A stretch of DNA of 64,000 bases, from NCBI GenBank assembly GCA_951406725.2, contig OX597822.1, positions 18,042,001 to 18,106,000 on the forward strand, given 5' to 3'. Positions 1 through 21,265 of this stretch are shown piece by piece; the stretch's first letter is position 1; every line of letters begins with the position of its first letter. Below the pieces are notes generated by a model. The model worked only from the letters and a program-made list of their open reading frames with translations, searched no databases and was not told the origin of the DNA. Origin of the DNA: Octopus vulgaris. Its lineage: Eukaryota. The translations under genes and the position numbers were made by a program.

Positions 1-64
1 CAGCATTTTCTTCATTTCCTTTTTTTATATATCACCACTCGTGTTCGACATCTCCTTTTTTTAA

Positions 65-2148
<2,084 letters not shown>

Positions 2149-2240
2149 GAACTTTGGAAATCTGTTTATGTTACTTAATTATCTACATTACTTCATGAGT
2201 ATAGCCTCAACCACTAGGATGTCTAGAGAACTCACATGTA

Positions 2241-2331
2241 TTTTAGCTGATGAGTACGGGACACATTTATATGCTGCAATTTTTGCAACTTTTAATAAAG
2301 CCTGTCCTTGTATGAAACGATTGTACTAAAA
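2241..2331 (+). ncRNA. Type I hammerhead ribozyme motif with long helix II (Penelope-like element remnant)
   Basis: TTTTAG | CTGATGA | GTACGGGACA..(39 nt)..TGTCCTTGTAT | GAAA-C-GATT-GTA | CTAAAA. Helix I TTTTAG/CTAAAA is perfect, helix II pairs with G-U and one bulge, helix III is AC/GT, and the predicted cut is after GUA at 2325. Confidence 0.75.
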
Positions 2332-2479
2332 ACCTATCCATTCTTGTTGCTTCTTTCTCGCTTATAATCACCCCACATTACTGTATTGTTAAAACCGTAT
2401 AGTTTGTTTTGGTGCATCTAAGTTAGGTACCATATTCAAGTAAATTCATTTAAATTAACTTGAATCTTTATTGCTTTTT

Positions 2480-4168
<1,689 letters not shown>

Positions 4169-4675
4169 GTGGGAGTGTGTATGTCTGCATAGTGCTATAC
4201 ACACATATAGTGGGGGAGGGTTGTATACATGTATATGTCTCAATTCATTTGTTTACATCTGCAATTGTTTATACACAAGCTATATCAGGCTGTGTTGTTG
4301 CTGTCTGTCTTCCCTGATGCCTACATTCTATTGAAGAAGAGGTCCTTTCTTTGAAGAAAGGAAGAAGAGGCCCTTTCTTTGAAAAACAGATAAGGCTTAG
4401 TGACAGGAGAGGTTAAAAAACAATGTCTCCAATTCTTCCAATCCATGCAAGGAACAAAAAAACCAGTTGTGAACATTCCTTATTCCTCAGAACGTCATCC
4501 GTCTGGAATCTCTTCCCTGTTAATACCTTGTTATGCTTCCCTGTTATGCTTGCGCAACCGGTAAAAGAACATTCACCTAATTAAATTACTTAAATTACTT
4601 CAATTATTTGTCAGCATTTTCTTCATTTCCTTTTTTTATATATCACCACTCGTGTTCGACATCTCCTTTTTTTAA

Positions 4676-6776
<2,101 letters not shown>

Positions 6777-6868
6777 GAACTTTGGAAATCTGTTTATGTT
6801 ACTTAATTATCTACATTACTTCATGAGTATAGCCTCAACCACTAGGATGTCTAGAGAACTCACATGTA

Positions 6869-6959
6869 TTTTAGCTGATGAGTACGGGACACATTTATAT
6901 GCTGCAATTTTTGCAACTTTTAATAAAGCCTGTCCTTGTATGAAACGATTGTACTAAAA
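6869..6959 (+). ncRNA. Type I hammerhead ribozyme motif, duplicate of 2241-2331
   Basis: Same sequence as 2241-2331. Confidence 0.75.
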
Positions 6960-7107
6960 ACCTATCCATTCTTGTTGCTTCTTTCTCACTTATAATCACC
7001 CCACATTACTGTATTGTTAAAACCGTATAGTTTGTTTTGGTGCATCTAAGTTAGGTACCATATTCAAGTAAATTCATTTAAATTAACTTGAATCTTTATT
7101 GCTTTTT

Positions 7108-8848
<1,741 letters not shown>

Positions 8849-9874
8849 GTGGGAGTGTGTATGTCTGCATAGTGCTATACACACATATAGTGGGGGAGGG
8901 TTGTATACATGTATATGTCTCAATTCATTTGTTTACATCTGCAATTGTTTATACACAAGCTATATCAGGCTGTGTTGTTGCTGTCTGTCTTCCCTGATGC
9001 CTACATTCTATTGAAGAAGAGGTCCTTTCTTTGAAGAAAGGAAGAAGAGGCCCTTTCTTTGAAAAACAGATAAGGCTTAGTGACAGGAGAGGTTAAAAAA
9101 CAATGTCTCCAATTCTTCCAATCCATGCAAGGAACAAAAAAACCAGTTGTGAACATTCCTTATTCCTCAGAACGTCATCCGTCTGGAATCTCTTCCCTGT
9201 TAATACCTTTCCTGCAACATTTTGAGCAGAACATTAGTGGTGTTAATCTCACTGGTTGGTCTCCCACAGGTCCTGCAAAGGTCATAGACATTGCTTTTTT
9301 CCCCAGACAAAACAAAGTGAAAAAGAGGGAAAAAGAATTATTACTAGAATGAGAAAATGAATGCTAAGTTTATGATGATGTTAATAATGATGATGATGGT
9401 GTTAGTGATGATGATTATACAGTTTGTTATAACGACAAAGACAAAGATAACGAGGTTTTAATATAGTTCCTGATATTCATATGGTCCTAATTACAATTAC
9501 TTAACATTTGTACTGTTGGTGTTACTCAAAGCCCTCCTTTGTCATTTGGTTGTTATCTGGAAATAACATTTAATTAAAGCATAGAACCACCATTTAGCTA
9601 ATGTTGGAGCTGTTAGTAAGCATTTCATTACATTGGCTGTAAGGGAACTCTGCTTTGCTTTGCTCATTAATGTAATATTTAGTTGGATGTAAAGTAAAGT
9701 AGAAGAAAGTCAAATTACATTTGTAAACTGAACACAGACCACAACAGTAACTCACCCTTTCTTAGGCCACGTCTTCAGTGTAACGAAAAATACTTCTTGT
9801 CTTCCCTAGCAGTTATAGAATGACTTTACATATAAGTTAGATGGTCTTCTTTTTTACTTCATTTAAGTAGTTCA

Positions 9875-10222
9875 CTTTGCAACCACCTGCTTTTAGGTTT
9901 AATCTCAATGCAAAATACCTTGGACAAGTGTCTTCTACTATAGCTTCTTGGGAGAAAATTTGGTTGATAGAAATTGTATGGAAGCCCAGTGTGTGTATGT
10001 ATGAGTCTGGCTTTGTCTTCGTGTTTGTGTGTGTATTTATATTTGCTCCTTCACCACTTGAGGACAGGTGTTTGTTTGTTTACATCCCTGTTCAGCAAAA
10101 GTGTGAGATAGAATATGTACCCAACTTTAGACCAAGTAAGTATTGGGGATGATTTGCTCAACTAAATTCTCAGAGGTGGTACTCCAGCATGGCCACAGTC
10201 CAACAATTGAAACAAATAAAAC
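9875..10222 (+). mobile_element. Decayed tRNA-derived SINE, family A
   Basis: Similar to 21502-21893 (ccttggacaagtgtcttctactatagc ... ggtggtactccagcatggccacagtc..gaaacaaataaaa). Confidence 0.8.
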
Positions 10223-10324
10223 ATCTAAGATAAACTTTCTCTACAAAATACAACTTGAATATTATTTGCTTTTTTTTCATTTTTATCAGAATCACATCAC
10301 ATGATCTGTGCACCTTTTCCTTAT

Positions 10325-10400
10325 ATTATTTATTTTATTTTATTTTATTTTATTTTATCTAGTTTCAGCTCACGAGCTGTGGCCATGCTGGGGCACTGCC
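10325..10400 (-). mobile_element. Extreme 5'-truncated 3' tip of the CR1-group LINE with an (ATAAA)n tail
   Basis: Reverse complement ggcagtgccccagcatggccacagctcgtgagctgaaactag matches the LINE 3' end at 46971-47012. Confidence 0.75.
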
Positions 10401-10493
10401 AATCAAAACAAAATGTGGGAAATGAAATTGATAAAATCTCCCCTCAAATGAAGCATCTGAGGTGTCTGAGTGTATATGTTTATTTGTGTCTGA

Positions 10494-10536
<43 letters not shown>

Positions 10537-10539
<3 letters not shown>

Positions 10540-10760
10540 CTTTACTACCCACAAGTGGCTAAACACAGAGGGGACAAAGAAGGACAGACAAATGGATTAA
10601 GTCGATTATATCAATCCCAGTGCGTAGCTGGTACTTAATTTATCGACCCTGAAAGGATGAAAGGCAAAGTCGACTTTGGCGGAATTTGAACTCAGAACGT
10701 AACGACAGACGCAATACAGCTATGCATTTCGCCCAGCGTGCTAACGTTTCTGCCAGCTCG

Positions 10761-10762
<2 letters not shown>
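10537..10762 (-). mobile_element. tRNA-derived SINE, family B (full length)
   Basis: Sense strand starts ggcgagctggcagaaacgttagc (A box-like), has gagttcaaattcc (B box-like) and a central gcctttcatcctttc.gggtcgataaa domain. Further copies at 24247, 37371, 45775, 56617 and 56845. Confidence 0.85.
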
Positions 10763-10822
<60 letters not shown>

Positions 10823-11380
10823 GTCTAAGTGTATATATGCATTTATATCTGCATGTATATGTGTGTTTGTGTCTGAGTGTATATGTGTTTATGCAGAAAT
10901 AGAACATGGACCAAACACAAACATGGTTCCATAAAACAATCAATAAGCATCTGGTTGTCTTGCTCAGAGAATTCCTGTCTATCCATTCCGAAACAACTCG
11001 ACAGCCAACGGAATATTTAATGTTAGACAAAGTTGAATTTGGCACTGAAAAAAATGCATAAAGCAATAAATAAGTAAATAAATAAAAATATAAACTAGTT
11101 TTATTGCTTTACAAGATTTACTGATAAGATACTTAAATTGAAAAATTAAAAATGTATCGTCTGAACAAAGATAATGGTAGACGTTGGTTGATCTACAGAG
11201 TGAAGAACTGCTCACTTCTTCGCAAATGTGTGATCTTTAGTAACAAAGTTAATAAAACAAAAGGAATTAGTGTCAATGACTAAGTGTAACTGCTGAATAA
11301 GTTCTCTTATCAAACATATATTATGTGCACTGAGAAAGTAACTAAAGAATTTAAGACAGAATATCTATACATGTACATAC

Positions 11381-11477
<97 letters not shown>

Positions 11478-13677
11478 TATATGCAAAATGTATCATGTGT
11501 GAGTAAAAATTCAGATAACTTTTACAAATTACTGCTGAAAAAATGTTCAGTTCTCTTTACACGAAGGAAGATCACATGATATATGAATGTCAGCTTATGT
11601 AAAAATAACATTATACACACATTAAACACTTGTTATTTTCAAACTAAATGTGAAGAAGTCTAACAGGGAAATTCATTACTGCAAAGCATAATTGATGAAA
11701 AGACATACAGAGTAGCTACAGAAGAAATCTTGTGGCCATGCTCTGAGTCCTTAATGAAAGAACACCTGTATAAGAATTTCTGGTTGCAGAGTCATAGTTC
11801 TTCATAAGCTTCATCTTAATTCTGGTGCCATACTGAATTTCTATTTAGCTTTCATGATATACAAGAAAACTAAAGTTTCCAGACACACCACCTCCTTTTA
11901 TCATTTCCCCCTGATGTTACATGAATTGTTGTAACCATAAGTTCTCTCTCTCTCTCTCTCACATTCTCTCTCCACCCTTTTCTCTCAGCCTTTCTCTGTC
12001 ATTTCTTTCACTCTTTATATTCTATTCCTTTCTCAGTTCCTAACTCAACTTTGCTCCCTTACAAAACACACACCAGTTTCCTATTGTTATTCATCCACAA
12101 GGAACCTTATCATTTATTCATTGTGTCCACCTCACATCATACATTGTTTTATTTTTCTCATAAAAAACTGACCAATATTTTCTGTCCAAGTTAAATATAT
12201 TTTTCTTGACTTTCAATTTTTTTTGTCCCTCTCACAAAAGCCCAAGTCTGGTTTTTTCTCATGTTTTACTTTTTCCTTCCTGTGTCTTATCTTCATGATA
12301 TCACTTCTCTAAAAACTGGATATGGTGGGTAATACTGGATGATTAAAACAGAACTTTAACATATCAGGTCTCCTAAACCATTAGGATATGACTATGTGGA
12401 AATCAATATTATTTTCTTTTGTATAATTTTCAGCTTCTGAAATGAAGTTTTAATAAAAACCATTTCATGAATATTGCAGAAAGTCATTCAAGATTTTTTT
12501 CTTCTTTTTTTTTATATTTTCTTGTCAGTGAAGTGAGAGAGGAGTATTTTTATTTGATAATCTCATTGCACTTGGATTAAAGCCCTATTAATTTATAATG
12601 GCTTCATGAAACTGTCACCCAATACATTAAAGAATAATAACGATGTAATTCAACCATTGGTTCGTTTGAATCCTCTAACTGTTCTTCTCTGTTCTTTATA
12701 TAAAAAATCTGTTTGGCATAGTCTTCCAGGGTACGTTGGTTTTATCCACATCAAGTGTTTCTTTTAAAGAACAGGAATCTTTGCTAATTTGGCCCAAAAC
12801 TTCAACAAGTTTCTTATCACCTGAGCCTTTTTCACTTTACAAATTGATGTGAATCATTGAACTTGTTAAATTTTCAAGCTGCACCTTGCTTTCCAAAAAT
12901 CCAGAACTGCTTCATGAAGCGTTTGACTCATCATGTTTTTGTGTTTGGTTTGCAAGATTCTTGATACGAATTCATACATTCAAACAAACCTTGTTACATC
13001 TTGGGAGGGTGATTATACTAATAAAATCAAAACAAACACACAGTTTGTGTGTTTATTTAAATTTTTAGTGACATAATGACCCTCCCTAAGATACATGTTG
13101 ATTTCATTAAAATATTGTACTACTTCTTGTCAAATAACAATCCTTTTGAGGTTTATTTTTTCTCTCCCAAATAATAGAGCGTCCCCACCCCTGACTTGTG
13201 TTTTGAACTTATTGAAGATCCTGAAATCATTTTGGCTCTGATTTTGTTTATTTCCTTTTCATTGTTTTAACAATTGATTCTGTTATATTAAACTTTTTTG
13301 CAATTTCCATTAAACTTTTTAAAATTTTGATGCTGGTTTAATTATTTAATTTTTATTTCTTGGGAAATCAATTTTCTTCTCCCTTTTTGGTTTGGTATAT
13401 GAAACTATTATTCAATCTTGAAAACATTCAAGCAAATATAAAAAAAAAAGCAAACCATCATCTCTGTTACTTTAGTGTACGGTCTAATTCACTATTTATC
13501 AAAGTGTGAAATGAGAATGAAACGAAATGGAAGTGACTAACCAAGATGGAAGCATGAAGGTCATAAAATCACATTTCTAAATGATAAACGTTGAGTGAAC
13601 AATAAATTATACCAGAGCCAAAATCTGTATTAAAGTGAAACCATGCAAACCAAGTACAATGCAAAACTGAAGGGCAG

Positions 13678-13679
<2 letters not shown>

Positions 13680-13760
<81 letters not shown>

Positions 13761-13801
13761 TGAGTGAGTGAGTGAGTGAGTGAGTGAGTGAGTGAGTGAG
13801 T

Positions 13802-13858
<57 letters not shown>

Positions 13859-13875
13859 TGTGTGTGTGTGTGTGT
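13680..13875. repeat. Compound (GT)n/(GAGT)n/(GA)n microsatellite
   Basis: Direct inspection. Confidence 0.97.
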
Positions 13876-14089
13876 TAAACTCTCTGCCCTTGAATCACTT
13901 TGTAATTTCTACCATGTAAAAAGCTTTGAGTCTACGCTGCAGAGTGGTAGGTGTTAAGAAGGGCATCCAGCTGTAAAAACCCTGCCAAAATAGACACAAT
14001 AACACAGGGTAGTTTTCTACCTGGTCAGCACCTGTCAACCGTCTTCAGTTGTGTGCTCGGTAGAAAATAAACACATTCGATGGCATTGT

Positions 14090-14445
14090 TTTAAAAGACC
14101 AGAATACAAATTACAAGAACTGCTTTGTAACTTTCTTTCCATCATGGTCAGATTTGCAAAAGTTGAAATTTTGTTTGCCTTTCTTTGTAAGTCCAACCAT
14201 GGCTGATGCATTGAATGACAGTTGTTCAACTTTTGATCCTTTCCTTACAAAATCATCTGCTGTAGAAATGGATCTGTTTGAATTACAGGAGGACTTGGGC
14301 CTAAAAGGAATTCACAATTCTCAGTCTACAATTGAATTCTGGAAACAGGTTCCAGAAATATAGTATCCTCAACTAAATGACAATGTGGTGTGTAACTCAT
14401 TTGAAATTTTCAAACCAACATTCACCTGTGAAGCATTGTAATCAG
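14090..14445 (+). mobile_element. Decayed hAT (Charlie/Buster-type) transposase C-terminal fragment
   Basis: Translation ...AVEMDLFELQEDLGLK...TIEFWKQVPEI*YPQL...TFTCEAL resembles the hAT dimerisation region (EMELIELQ..D..LK, FW..VP..KYP.L, TY.CE). Contains stops. Confidence 0.7.
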
Positions 14446-15746
14446 TAATAATGTTAGAGAGAACAGTCCTGTGCAGTCTTGTTGCAACTAATTTGTACAT
14501 CATTGACAAGACATCAACTGGATTTTTTAATGACTGGCAGCCAAAATGGAAACCCACAACACCTCTTCTAGCGATAAATAGTAGCTTTAATAGTTTAATA
14601 ATTATAGCTTTGTCTGTTTGTCATAAAAAATATTATGATTAGACTATAATTTTGCAGTGTAGTATCTGATTAAAATATCTTTAAGACTATTGGTTTGCTT
14701 TTCTTACATATTTTCCCATGTATTTTGACCAGATATTTACCAAGACATACAGATATCTATAAAATATTTCAGTTTTTTCATTTTTTTTCTCTGCTTGTTT
14801 TCAAATTTGGTTTTAGTTTTTGGCAGTCTAATTTTATGTTACTGAAATATAAAATTCCCATTTTAACAAAACTTTCTTTTAGACATTGGAATAGTTCATT
14901 AACATATTAAACACAGTAGAAATTTTGAAAGTATTTTGTATACATGTGTACACTAGAATTACCAAAGCTATTAAGAATTAGTAGTTTAAAAAAAACACAT
15001 TCATGAATAAATACTTTCCTGCATCTCCTAGTATTTATATGAAATTTTGTGACAAGATGTTCAAATTATTTATAAGACTAAAAGTGTGTGTAAATATTGT
15101 TCCTGTGGTGTTGCTCTCTGTGGTGAAGTTTATCACGTATTGCTCTTATATTTCAAGATGTTTCTGGATGGAATGTTTCACAATTAGTTAGTTGCTCCTC
15201 AATGAAGATATATCCAGCTTCAATATCCAACAAATGGCATAGAATATTCAGTCATGATATAAAGCAGTTATAAACTAGTTTTTAGTGGAGATCCTAGTTT
15301 CATTTATTCATACTATATATAGTTCATGATTTATTAAGTAAATATTTCATGCACAATATTATAAAGCCTAGCTGTGGGTGAAATTTCAGTAGTGTAAGTG
15401 CATTCCTCATAGGTATGCATAGCTGTGGGGCTAAAAGTTCATTTTGCTACCACATGGTTTTGGGTTCAGTCTCAATCACAGAAACCGAAAGAAGTTCATT
15501 GTATGCATGGATCTATTTGTGTATTTCCATTTTCACTTTTCCAAAATTCACTTAACTACACCCAAAGATGCTGTGTCATTTCTGCTGTCAACAATTTTTC
15601 ATTAGTTTTGTGTGTGAAATTAGAAACCCCATGCTTGGAAAACAAACAAGCAGGGTTGCAACAGGTACAATATCTGGCTGTAAAACAATGTCTAAATAGT
15701 ATATTCTTCTGATCCATGCTAGCATGGAGAAATAGATGTAAAACAG

Positions 15747-15786
<40 letters not shown>

Positions 15787-15826
15787 ACATGTATATACAC
15801 TCACACATGTGCACATGCTCACACAG

Positions 15827-15863
<37 letters not shown>

Positions 15864-15865
<2 letters not shown>

Positions 15866-16110
15866 GTTGAGCCTCTTCCGTTTACAAGTCATCCAAAACC
15901 AAAAGTATTTTGTCCCATAGGAAATTCAAAAGAAACTACTGTGAATCCCAGCCAGGATGTGCACTGAATGAAAGTGAGACAGCAACTGATGCTCTCCCAC
16001 CAGCTTGTTGCAGGCCATTGATGCTGACTTGAGTGTTTGTTACTTGAGACATTTTATGCTTGTAAATTTGTTCATGATGAGAGGCATTCGTAAACTGAGG
16101 TTCTAATACT
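15864..16110. mobile_element. Tc1/pogo-like MITE, decayed
   Basis: Imperfect TIRs ta-cagttgagcctc / gaggttctaatactg. The internal sequence (cccataggaaattcaa, gatgtgcactgaatgaa, ctcccacc) is shared with 23540-23835. Confidence 0.6.
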
Positions 16111-18204
16111 GTGTGTGTGTGTGTACTTTTGGGAAGAAGAGAAAGACTGAAGAAGAAGCAAAAAGAAAGCAAGGCCTGGCAATTCCAGCCAAGACCACCG
16201 TCCACCTTGCCATGCATTCAGTACCTGAGACTGTTCCATTCCTTACTTGGCTTTCTGAATCATGCCAATGATGATGGTATATATATATACACATACACAC
16301 GCACGCACTCTCCCTCCTGTGCTTCTTTTTAAAGGCACCAGAAAATAAAACTAGAGAAGTATCAATAGCAAAAAGACCTCCAATTCTTCAAAATATTGTC
16401 AGAACATTTGTTGATTTGACCCTTTACAAAAACTGACCTCCTGTTTAGTAAAACAGAATCGATATTATTATAATATACAAGTGCTGGGGTTGTATGTGTG
16501 TTGAGTGGTGTGTGTGGAGGGCAGGTCTCTTATCACAAACCAATTCCATATTAAACAGAATTACGTATTTGCTTTATGTAAATTCTACTTGTGCCAATAT
16601 TTTTTGTTTTTATCAAGAATGGATGGGCATTATTTCATGTTTTGAAGGAATGGGTATTGTTTTATTATTTTGTAGGTAATTTACAATAAATTACATTTGT
16701 TTTACATTCATAACTATTCATCACCAAAGAAAAATCCATGACTAAGGCCAAGAAAAAGAAAGAAAGGAAAAATAAAGAAAAGAATGAACAAAAGAAAGCT
16801 GATGCTTGAAGAAACCCTAAAAGTTGTAAAAGAAATTACATGATATATAATGTGTTAATATGAATCTGAATGACTATAATAGCTCCCTGCCCACTCATGT
16901 TTATGTGCTTCCATACAGTTTCCATCAAGCAGTTCTTCTCATGAAGCCTTCATTGGCTCAGTATTGTAGAAGAAGACACTTGCTCAAACTGCCATTGAGT
17001 GAGACTGAACCCACAACCATGTGGTTGTGAAGCAGACTTCTTAACCACATATCCATGCCTGAATACACACACACACACACACTTATACATATATATAGAG
17101 AGTGCATATTAGTATGTCTTTGTGTGTGTGTGTGTGTGTGTGTATGAATACGTGTGTATACATATATTGTATGTGTGTGTGTATTGATATATATGTATGT
17201 GTATACATATTGCATATGTGTGTGTGTGTTTATACTTTGTGGTTTTGTTGTACTTCTCATCCACTGATCAAACTCTAACCTAGTCAAGCCTCTGATTTAC
17301 AATTCAATTTGTGTTCTGCGAGAAATTGCATTCACAAAACTTCACATCAAAGCCTTTCAGAACCGACCCAGTTAAATTCCAGCAGTGGGCGGGGGTGGGG
17401 GGTGGGGGAATTTTATATTAAATTAGTTCTTTACAATAGTTTCTGATAATTTCCATGAATTTGTTTCCAGTTTCCATTCCTTGTGACAAACTCCAGTGTT
17501 CTTGTTATGTCAAAGAACATTCTTACTGCGTCTGGAGTGTTTGATTAGGCTTGACTAATTATTAAATTAGTTTCTGTTCTTTGTAATCTGTGAGATTCTT
17601 TAATCCAAGTTTGTATTACTGTCATCATCATAGCTGTTGTTATCGTCATCACCATCATCATCATCATCATGGTCATTGCTTCCCCTTCTTCTCCTCTTTG
17701 TCACAATCGCAATGATGATGATGATCATCATCATCACTACCACCATCGTCAACATATCCACCACCATCAACATCATCATTGTTCTTATCGTCATTGTCAT
17801 CACATTGATTCCCATTTGTTCAATATGCACTTTACAGATCAGACATCTGCAAAAAAGGCTTCAATCCATACAAAGCCAGCAAGAGAGACCCTATGTGGTT
17901 ACTCAAGTTTTCTTTTTAGAAATAGCTGCCAAATTCTTTTCAGTTCCCACCGTAGCATTTCAGAAATGAAGGACACATTGGATAGAGCTGTGTTGTGAAC
18001 TATAATCAAAGGAACCCCTTTGATTTTCGGTCAGCTTGATAAGGGCTGAAAAAATCAAAGACACTAGTATGGCCTCCAGTAATTAGAGATGCTAATTATG
18101 CAGATCTACTCTTCAAAATAAATTAATTAGTTAATGAAAATTGACCACGGGAACATATTTAATGCTGGCCAATCATTGCCTATTGCTGATGTTTTTCTAT
18201 GTTT

Positions 18205-18348
18205 TTAAGGTTGGCGTTAGGAAGGACATCCAGCTGTAGAAACTCCACCAGATCAAGATTGGAGCCTGGTGCAGCCATCTGGTTCACCAGTCCTCAGTCA
18301 AATCGTCCAACCCATGCTAGCATGGAAAGCGGACATTAAACGATGATG
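18205..18348 (+). mobile_element. RTE-type LINE 3' tail fragment (representative; similar tails at ~13935, 20910(-), 24100, 25560, 36565(-), 37740, 51545, 58140, 59505)
   Basis: ggttggcgttaggaagg.catccagctgtagaaac...ccaacccatgctagcatggaaa.cggac.ttaaacgatgatg; the same tail follows RTE ORF remnants at 35612-36508. Confidence 0.85.
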
Positions 18349-18479
18349 TTATCTCTAAGAGATTCTTTCTCAAGATAAACACCACAACTCAGAGGGCTTT
18401 CAATGTATTCACTCTTCGGGTTTACAAATTATTACTTTCAAAGAATCCTCCAGGTTTTTGGTTAAACTTGTAATCTTTT

Positions 18480-18810
18480 ACTTTTTGCTTTTCTCACTGT
18501 GTCCGTGCTGGAGCACTGCCTTAAAGAGTTTAGCTGAACAAGTTGACCCCAGGACTTATTGGTCTCTATTGCTGAACTGCTAAGTTACAGGAATGTAAAC
18601 AAACCAACAATGGTTATGAAGCACTGCTGGTGTGTAGAAACACAAAGATGCATGCACCCACACACACACTTATATACATTATGGGCTTCACACAATTTCC
18701 ATCTACTGAATTCATACAAGAAACACTGGTCAACCTGGAGCTATAATGGAAGACAGTTGCCCAAGGTGCCACAAAACCATGAGATTATCAAGTGAAATTC
18801 TTAACCATGC
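18480..18810 (-). mobile_element. Decayed SINE family A (similar decayed copies at ~16900(-), 19740(-), 22430, 22760(-), 34600, 36735(-), 55090)
   Basis: Reverse-complement similarity to 21502-21893. Confidence 0.75.
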
Positions 18811-19915
18811 AGTTCTTCCTCTCCCCAGAAAAAAGCCGAGAAGAAATAAATGATAAGCAAATGGTTTTTTTTTTGTCTTTTTATAATATTTTTAATGGTC
18901 TTTAAGATAAAAAAAACAGTGGGATTTCTTGTTTTGTTTTGTTCTGTTCTGAATTTTCCACTGAAAACGCTCCAATGACTTTTTATTTGACCTCCAGCAT
19001 GGCACAGAATTAAATATGTTTGAAGACTTCTATTCCAGACAATATAAATAAATATGGAGTGTTTAAAGAGAAAACAAAACAACCACCAAGAACCATCACT
19101 TGTCACATCATATTAATGATTGTTTGTTTCAGTGATTCTTTTATCAATAATGGTTTTTAACTTAGCAACAAGACTCATTCATTTTTATCGGTGGTGGGCA
19201 GTGGTGTTTCCATTGAACCCCTAGCATTTGTCTCATTTTGATTTTATTACACACAAAAGAATAAAACATGAAGCTGATCCTACTGGAATTTCAGCTGAGA
19301 ACAAAATACTTGTTGTTTAGCCCCAGGTTGACCAGTACTGAGTACATCTATGATCATTTGTTGTTGCTGGTAATTCAGCTCTGACTGAGCAATCCAGACC
19401 ATCTCATCTTTTTTCCCCACTTCCAGATATGATATACGATATATATATGAAATACATTGAAGCATTTAGACCATTGTGTTATGACTGTTATTCCATTGAT
19501 TTTAATCAAGTCTATGTCAGTCTATTGAGCAAAGATGTTGGGGCCCGTATCCATCTCTAATTCTGTAATGTCCTTTGTCTCTAATGCCTCAAAACACTCA
19601 AGTGTTGCAGACTTAGTTGTCCAATATGTAAATAAATTGCCAGAAATAGAGAAATAGCTGTTAGTAACAAGTGCATTCTATAATTAACACATTATTAATT
19701 GCAATTATCCTATTGGCTTTATTCTAATCACATACTGGGTTTCGCCAGGGTCCTGTCTTCAAGGATTTTAGTCAACACTAGTAATGGTGATTTTATGATT
19801 TTCTTTAAGTTTCGTACTTTTCTATTAGTCACTTTTGCTGAAGCACTAAGTTACAGGGATGTAAACAAACTAACACCAGTTTTCAAATGATGGTGGTGGT
19901 AGAGGGGAGGCACAA

Positions 19916-19949
<34 letters not shown>

Positions 19950-20417
19950 TACACAAAACAGATTTTTACATAGTTTCTGTGTTCTAAATTCACTCACAAA
20001 ACATTGGTTGACCCAGGGCTTTAGTAGAAGAGACCTTCCTAAGGTGCTACTCAGTGGGACGGAACCTAAAACCAAGCAATTACAAGACAAGCATTTTAGT
20101 GGCAAGGGTTAAGCTTAGTTGGAGTAAATTCAATCATCCTCATTTGTTGACTGCTGCAATATTCTATCAGCCCCAGAAAGATAAAGAACAACATTGGGCT
20201 TCTTGGTATTTGAACCCAGAACTTAAAATTCCAGAGTTTAAGATCACTTGCTCAAACAATCTTGTCAAAATAATTTTGATGTTCAGCCAAGTATTAAACC
20301 ATTTATTAAACTCCGGAACATTCCTTTGAGAATAAGTTTGACATAGTAATGAAATATTGAATAACGATCAAAAAAGCTAAACAAATAATAAATGACCAAG
20401 CTGCTCTTTGCAACCAG

Positions 20418-20475
<58 letters not shown>

Positions 20476-21265
20476 GCTGCATCACTTACACATGATTGAC
20501 CAATGCAATTTTCTAAAGTTTCATGGGAAAAAAAAACGTCATTTGGGTCATCTTTAGATGGCTGGATTGTATTCATACAACAAATGATCTACAGATCACC
20601 CGATGACTATTAAACACGAATATACATATCGAGAGTTAAGTCTCCAGAGATTCTTGCCCTCAAACATGGAACAATAACTACAGTCTGTTTACTGACTGGA
20701 TATTGGAAATGGGCCAAATTAATTATCTTCGTTTCAGTGTTATTTCATTTTCTAATTGTAATGTTCGTTCATTACTCAGCTTATATATATCCTGGACTGT
20801 TGAGCTTTCTTTAGTCTTACTGTATTGTTTTATTGTTCATTTCTTAAATATTTAATAACACTTTTATAACAACAGCTGTTAAGGCATATATATATATATA
20901 TGTAATATACATCATCATCGTCATCATCATTTAATATCCATTTCCCATGCTGGCATGGGTTGGATTGTTTTGAGAAGAGCAGGCAAGTCAGAAGACTGTG
21001 CTATGCTCTGCTGTCTGCTTCTCCATGGTTTTTAAAGTCTGAAGCCCTTCTTAACGCATCACTTACACATGACTGACCAAAGCAATTTTCTGAAGTTTTA
21101 CGGAAAAAAACATCATTTGAGAGAAGATTGCATTGGTGTGCTCATGTGATGTGCACGGATGAAGACGGCTGCATAAAAAAGAACCAATCTCTATATGTTA
21201 AAATGTGTTTGTTTGTGTGAATTTATATATTTATGCTTGTGTGTGTATATGTATAGGTATGTATA

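Noticed and set aside
17600-17998. His-rich or hydrophobic ORFs
   Set aside because: Degenerate (CAT)n microsatellite.
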